DNA of 64,000 nt from Phoronis australis. Its lineage: Eukaryota > Animalia > Phoronida. The DNA lies in the NCBI GenBank assembly GCA_002633005.1, contig NMRA01000047.1:1079326-1143325 (forward strand), given 5' to 3'. Position 1 is the stretch's first letter. Each line of letters begins with the position of its first letter. Under the pieces are notes generated by a model that saw only the letters and a program-made list of their open reading frames with translations, did no database searches and was not told where the DNA came from. Of this stretch, positions 59,144 to 64,000 are shown in pieces. Both the position numbers and the translations under genes were made by a program.

Positions 59144-62100
59144 GTAGGTTGTACCACTTAAACGAATGCTCATGGTTTGCAATGGTAATTACTAATATAC
59201 AGGTGTCACAAATTATAAAGGCCCTATTTCTTGCACATTTTCAATTCAGAGACACTTTGCCGCAAAATTGAAAAACAACTCAAAAACTCACTTGGTCAGT
59301 TATTCACGAGTTACTTTCGCTTTTTATGAACCTGCAGTCGTGTGTTCACTGTGCTTGCTAATAACCGAGTTTCTGTTTTGAACAACACGTGTTGATATTA
59401 GTTGTGGACTCAACGTTCAGTAAAATTATAAGTCAGAAATAGAACATGCAGCTTATCAGAAATGGCGTGTGTCTTCACTGTTGACGTAAACTGGTTGGAG
59501 ATCGACTTTCAATTAGGATAGACTTGCGCAGAGCAAAATCTGTCACGGAACTTAACGTTTTTAGTCCTCAAGTGGTTATGAAATATAAAAATATCTACAT
59601 GTTGATAAATGGTTTTTGTTTCGATGCACAACACAACAAAACGGAAATTCCAGTGCACAATTACACGCGTGCAGGTAACCTTGCTGAAAGCTACATTTTC
59701 CCTGTTTATGAGGCTAATCAACGAAAACAGAATTGGGCCTTATACTCTTATAACACCGGTCTCACTATATTCTTCCAATGATAGATCACATTTGTTTTTG
59801 GCCTAAGTATGAGTACGAACTTTGAAAGTTCGAGGATTGCATTTCCGTTACCAACAAGAAGATCTAAACTGCGAATTCGGAGACGGCGCATGTACTCATT
59901 GCCTGTAACTCGACTTGATAGAATCTCATATCAGTGGGAATTGTGCGAGACCAATTAGATGAGAGTGAAAGGCCTATTTCGATTTCGGGGTTATAGCCCC
60001 TTAAACAGTGGGAAGTGCAGCTTTAGGCCAATAGTAAAACAAATAAATATTTTTTCCATCATCACCCCAACCATCACTGTAACCAATATTCGATCCAACT
60101 TACGAGATAGTATTTTTTTTAAGAAAAAATGGTGTGAGTGTAAGTCACAAAAATGCATCTTAATTCAACAAACGCGCACGTTAACATGGCAACGCGTGGT
60201 ACATACGACTGCCATCGTTCTAAGGACAATTTCACGACGAACGGGGTAATATTTATAAATTGACGGATCAAAGACACTGCATAAATCTCGGTTTTTAAAA
60301 GAAACTTTTTTAATGACCGGGACGACATACGAAAACTGATAGTTACCGAAGTTTTGATTTTAATCGAAATAACTTGTTGGCTACGGGGATGGGGACTTTC
60401 ACTTGTGCCGACTGAATGAGGAAAGCGTAATTTAGCGAGCACGTTTTCCACGCCCGAGTGTCGTCGTCATATTTGTCGTCTGCATTGCAATCGTAACCTC
60501 ACCACCATTGAAAAATCTATGTTGAATTTGTTTAAACGTGACTCTCAATTAGAGCGTCAAAATCTTATTTTACTGTTGCCATCTTTGTTTAAAACATAAA
60601 TAATTTTCTACGAAATTCTTCTTAAATAAAATATGTTAAATATATTACCTTATAATATTTCAACAAGTGAAAGTGTCAGTAACATTGCACTTCTAAACTT
60701 AAAACAATGTGCCAGTAAAACGTAGTCGTGAATTTACAAAAGTTAACAATTACATACTGAAAACGTAAGAATCGAAATTCCAATTGTAATGTTGTTGGAA
60801 CCGCACCACAAATCTCTTTAAACGGAGTTGTAGATAACTTTCGTGGTTTAGATCATGCATGTAATGTTCTTAAATAGAACTCAATAGGTTAGTGACACGA
60901 ATACCACGCAGTTCACATCCTTTGCTGGTTGGCACAACGTGCACGAAAACGCAGAGTGAATGTCCGCCTCTCTCTAAGACGCACCGCGAGTTCATAAACA
61001 GCATACTTGATCGCTCATGACAGGAAACGAACTAAATCCATGGAACGTTGCTTTCAGTCCAATAGTCACGATTTTCGTCAAACCACTTCACAAATACGTA
61101 TCAATTGTAACAACTTCGACGTTCGTCCTGTATTCGTCTCGTGCACTTGATCAACCCGGCAGCGCTTGAAAACACAATCTGCATAAGGTCGATTCCAACC
61201 TCGAACGAACTGGATTAAACGTAGGAGAACGTTAATCACACAGAATTGCGAACGAACAGCCTTGCCATTCCCACAACTGTGGTCAATTTCTTCTCTAGCC
61301 GACTCCTGCCGCTGAGCGAATTCCTGCAAGCGCGACGAAAAGATCGTAAAATTCGCACTTGCGAGGTCTTTAACCTCGGAAGGCTGACGGGGATGTTTTT
61401 CAAATTTTCACTGTTTCAGTTCGGAAGCCCACACGGCTTGCGGCCAACCAGTCCTTCCTTTTTTACTCTTATCTTCGCCACTTTCTATGCAATTCTGCAA
61501 ACAAAGAGACGATACATTCAATATAATAAGGTAACGCAATGCGCTTTGCTTACTGAAGATAAAAATAACAAGTTAAGAGCAACTTAAACTACTCCAATTT
61601 TTAAACGTGCTAGCGGACGCAGCTAACTGTCTCCAAAAACAAACTCGTTTACATACCCTGTTCTCCGTTTTTCCACAACTTCATATATTGCATTTTAGAA
61701 AGTTTATTAATGGAAGAATTTAATAAATCTCTCTACCTTGAAGTAATCAGGTTATTTGCTAAACCCATTCAAGTTACATCTTGCCACTGTTGAGTTTTCA
61801 ATGTTAAAATTTTAACACATTATTATTAAAACCATTGGCACGCTCATTCGATCATATATTGTTGCCGACTGAGTCCCTGACCTCAAGTCGCAGACAATGC
61901 CGTACACCCGCAATTTTCCAAATGAATTCTGAAGCGTATTCTCAAGTCTCTTGATGGTTTCTAATGTTCTTGTTAGAAACGGAAATTTAATCCTATTATA
62001 GTGAGGATTATTGAGACCAATTTTATGAGAGTAAAAAGCCTAATTTCATTCCGTTTTTAGCCAGCTTACAAGGGTGAAATGCAACGTTAATATATGACTG

Positions 62101-64000
62101 TGCAACTCTTTACGTCGTATCTCGCAATGGAAAAGAGTCCAGAACATTGAATACGAAAAGCTCCACTTTGCTCAACGGGAGATATGCATCGAGGTCCTGA
62201 GCTATATGGTTAAAGCGTGTTTCTGAATGTTGGACAACAACTGAGAACCGCGTCGACACACTTATGTCAGCGGGGCAGCCACCACACACGTCATTCGTAG
62301 TTAGCGAAGAGACGGCAACAAGTCGGGTCGAGGGGACATTGCATAATACGTCATCATTGATGAGGTTGCACAACAGATCATTAACATAAACGAGACGAAG
62401 CAGAAAACCCAGTTGACGATTTGTTAATTAAAATTGACTTTCGCCGACGTTGAGTTGGACGGGGAATGCTTACTGTCTTGTAATTCAACTCATTTGGTAG
62501 AAGACTGGATCATTGGCGACGTATTTCCAAGATTCCATTTGCTACAAATCTAATATTGTCTGTATGAATTAATTAAATGATTCAATCACTGTTTAACAAT
62601 ATGCTTTTTAACTCATGTTATGTAATAAAAACTGCACGCACACACATTATACTTCTATCCAACCGGATTTATGAAACACAATGTTTTCTTAGACTTCAAA
62701 CATTTTGCTTTTGGTGAGCTGGAAATGTCGATGTAAATTATATGAAAAAGACATTTAAGGTATCACAATCTTGCGAACCATAAGTCAAGTCACAGGGAGA
62801 TGGGAGCGTGATTTACTAAAACGAAAAATTTGCAGAATTTGGAAACCATTCCGTAATTACCAACGTTAAGATAGTGTTCGGTTCTAAACAAAGTTTATGA
62901 CCCCGAGACTAAAGACTAGAAATATTTACTGAATCTCAAGGTTTTATAACACCCAGTGAAATGCGACCCATGACAGTTTAAAAATGTTTCAGTAACGTTT
63001 GGTCGCCGAAGACCAGCGAAAGCAATTTAATTTTGAATTATTCACGAAGAAATTACTGTCAATCCTCGCTATGGTTATCGATGGAGATCAACGTAACGAT
63101 GCTTGTAAAAAGGGCATGAAAACAAAATATTAATAATTATTTTATGTTAATAAAACAAGTCGAAATTAAATGACCGTCATAAAATAAATATCGAGATCAA
63201 TACGATAACTCGATTGCTCAAACTTACGCGAGTTTTATTAACTTGGCATTTGTAGAAACTCGCAGCACTTCTTCCTTCTTACAAGTCTCATGTAACACAA
63301 GCAACCAAATGGAAATGACTTGCGAGGACTAACAAAAGTTATAATCACCATTCGCTAACAAGTGTAATAATTTTAAAAAAATGACGATGACAAAAATCTT
63401 TTCTAAGGCGAAACCTTAGACTCCTGAAATGTGGCCAACAGGTGGCGCGGTGACGAGATGAAAAATACTCTCCAAACTTTTTATACTAAAAATAGACCCG
63501 TCTCAACAATTTCGTTCGCATGGACGCGCGTTTGAGTCGCATAAAAACAATGCGTATTAGCAAAATTCGCCTGGAGCATCCGTCAGCGGCAATGAATGAC
63601 AAGTTCTGTCTTACACAATTATATCTCAATTAACTTAAATCATGCAAATAAGCATCGATCTATCAAACACTTAGCAAGCGGTAGCGGTCGGGAGAGCACT
63701 GAAACATTACTTTCTAAAAACTTATTTGAGGTCAGATCTGCGAAAATTATGCTTTCAAAATTGTGAAAATGACGTTACCATTTGTGAAAAGTTTCACTCA
63801 TAGCAGGGGGCTTCTAAATTATGGTAATTCAAATCACTGCTCTCTTAAAGTTTCAAAACAAATTCCTATTAGCTGATTGATATACACTGTTCATGTTTGC
63901 CGTTATCAGGCACCAAATAAAACTCAGAAAGCAGAAATAAAACTGAACGTTTGTAGCTTGATTCACCAACACTGACCATGTTGACTGAACTTATAACTAT

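Noticed and set aside
61078-62373. CpG-rich ORFs of 83-113 aa
   Set aside because: No recognisable domain or coherent exon structure.
1-64000. Prokaryotic purL operon, riboswitch or defence system
   Set aside because: The gene is split by spliceosomal GT-AG introns and surrounded by eukaryotic repeats; there is no operon structure.

Overview
Eukaryotic (invertebrate animal, AT-rich, repeat-laden) genomic DNA. The - strand carries the 5' part of a spliced PFAS/purL gene (phosphoribosylformylglycinamidine synthase). It has 12 coding exons from the ATG at 45992 down to 247, about 725 codons, with all GT-AG junctions in phase, and it runs off the left edge. A candidate TATA/Inr/E-box promoter lies near 47.5 kb. 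One intron (4886-38412, ~33.5 kb) is far larger than the others. It contains a nested, opposite-strand gene for a stand-alone NHL-repeat beta-propeller protein (21838-22692) and many decayed mobile elements. The main non-coding observations are: (i) a dispersed repeat carrying minimal type-I hammerhead ribozyme motifs of the Penelope/retrozyme kind, with three copies all sense to the PFAS pre-mRNA; (ii) Helentron/HINE-like elements whose ~145-bp internal units each carry a co-oriented CTCF-like motif in a trimeric higher-order repeat; (iii) a HIRAN-carrying TA-flanked DNA transposon, one copy split by a ~3.6-kb local inversion. The right 16 kb is intergenic with no recognisable protein. There is one assembly gap (40057-40407). 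All calls are by eye; no searches were run.
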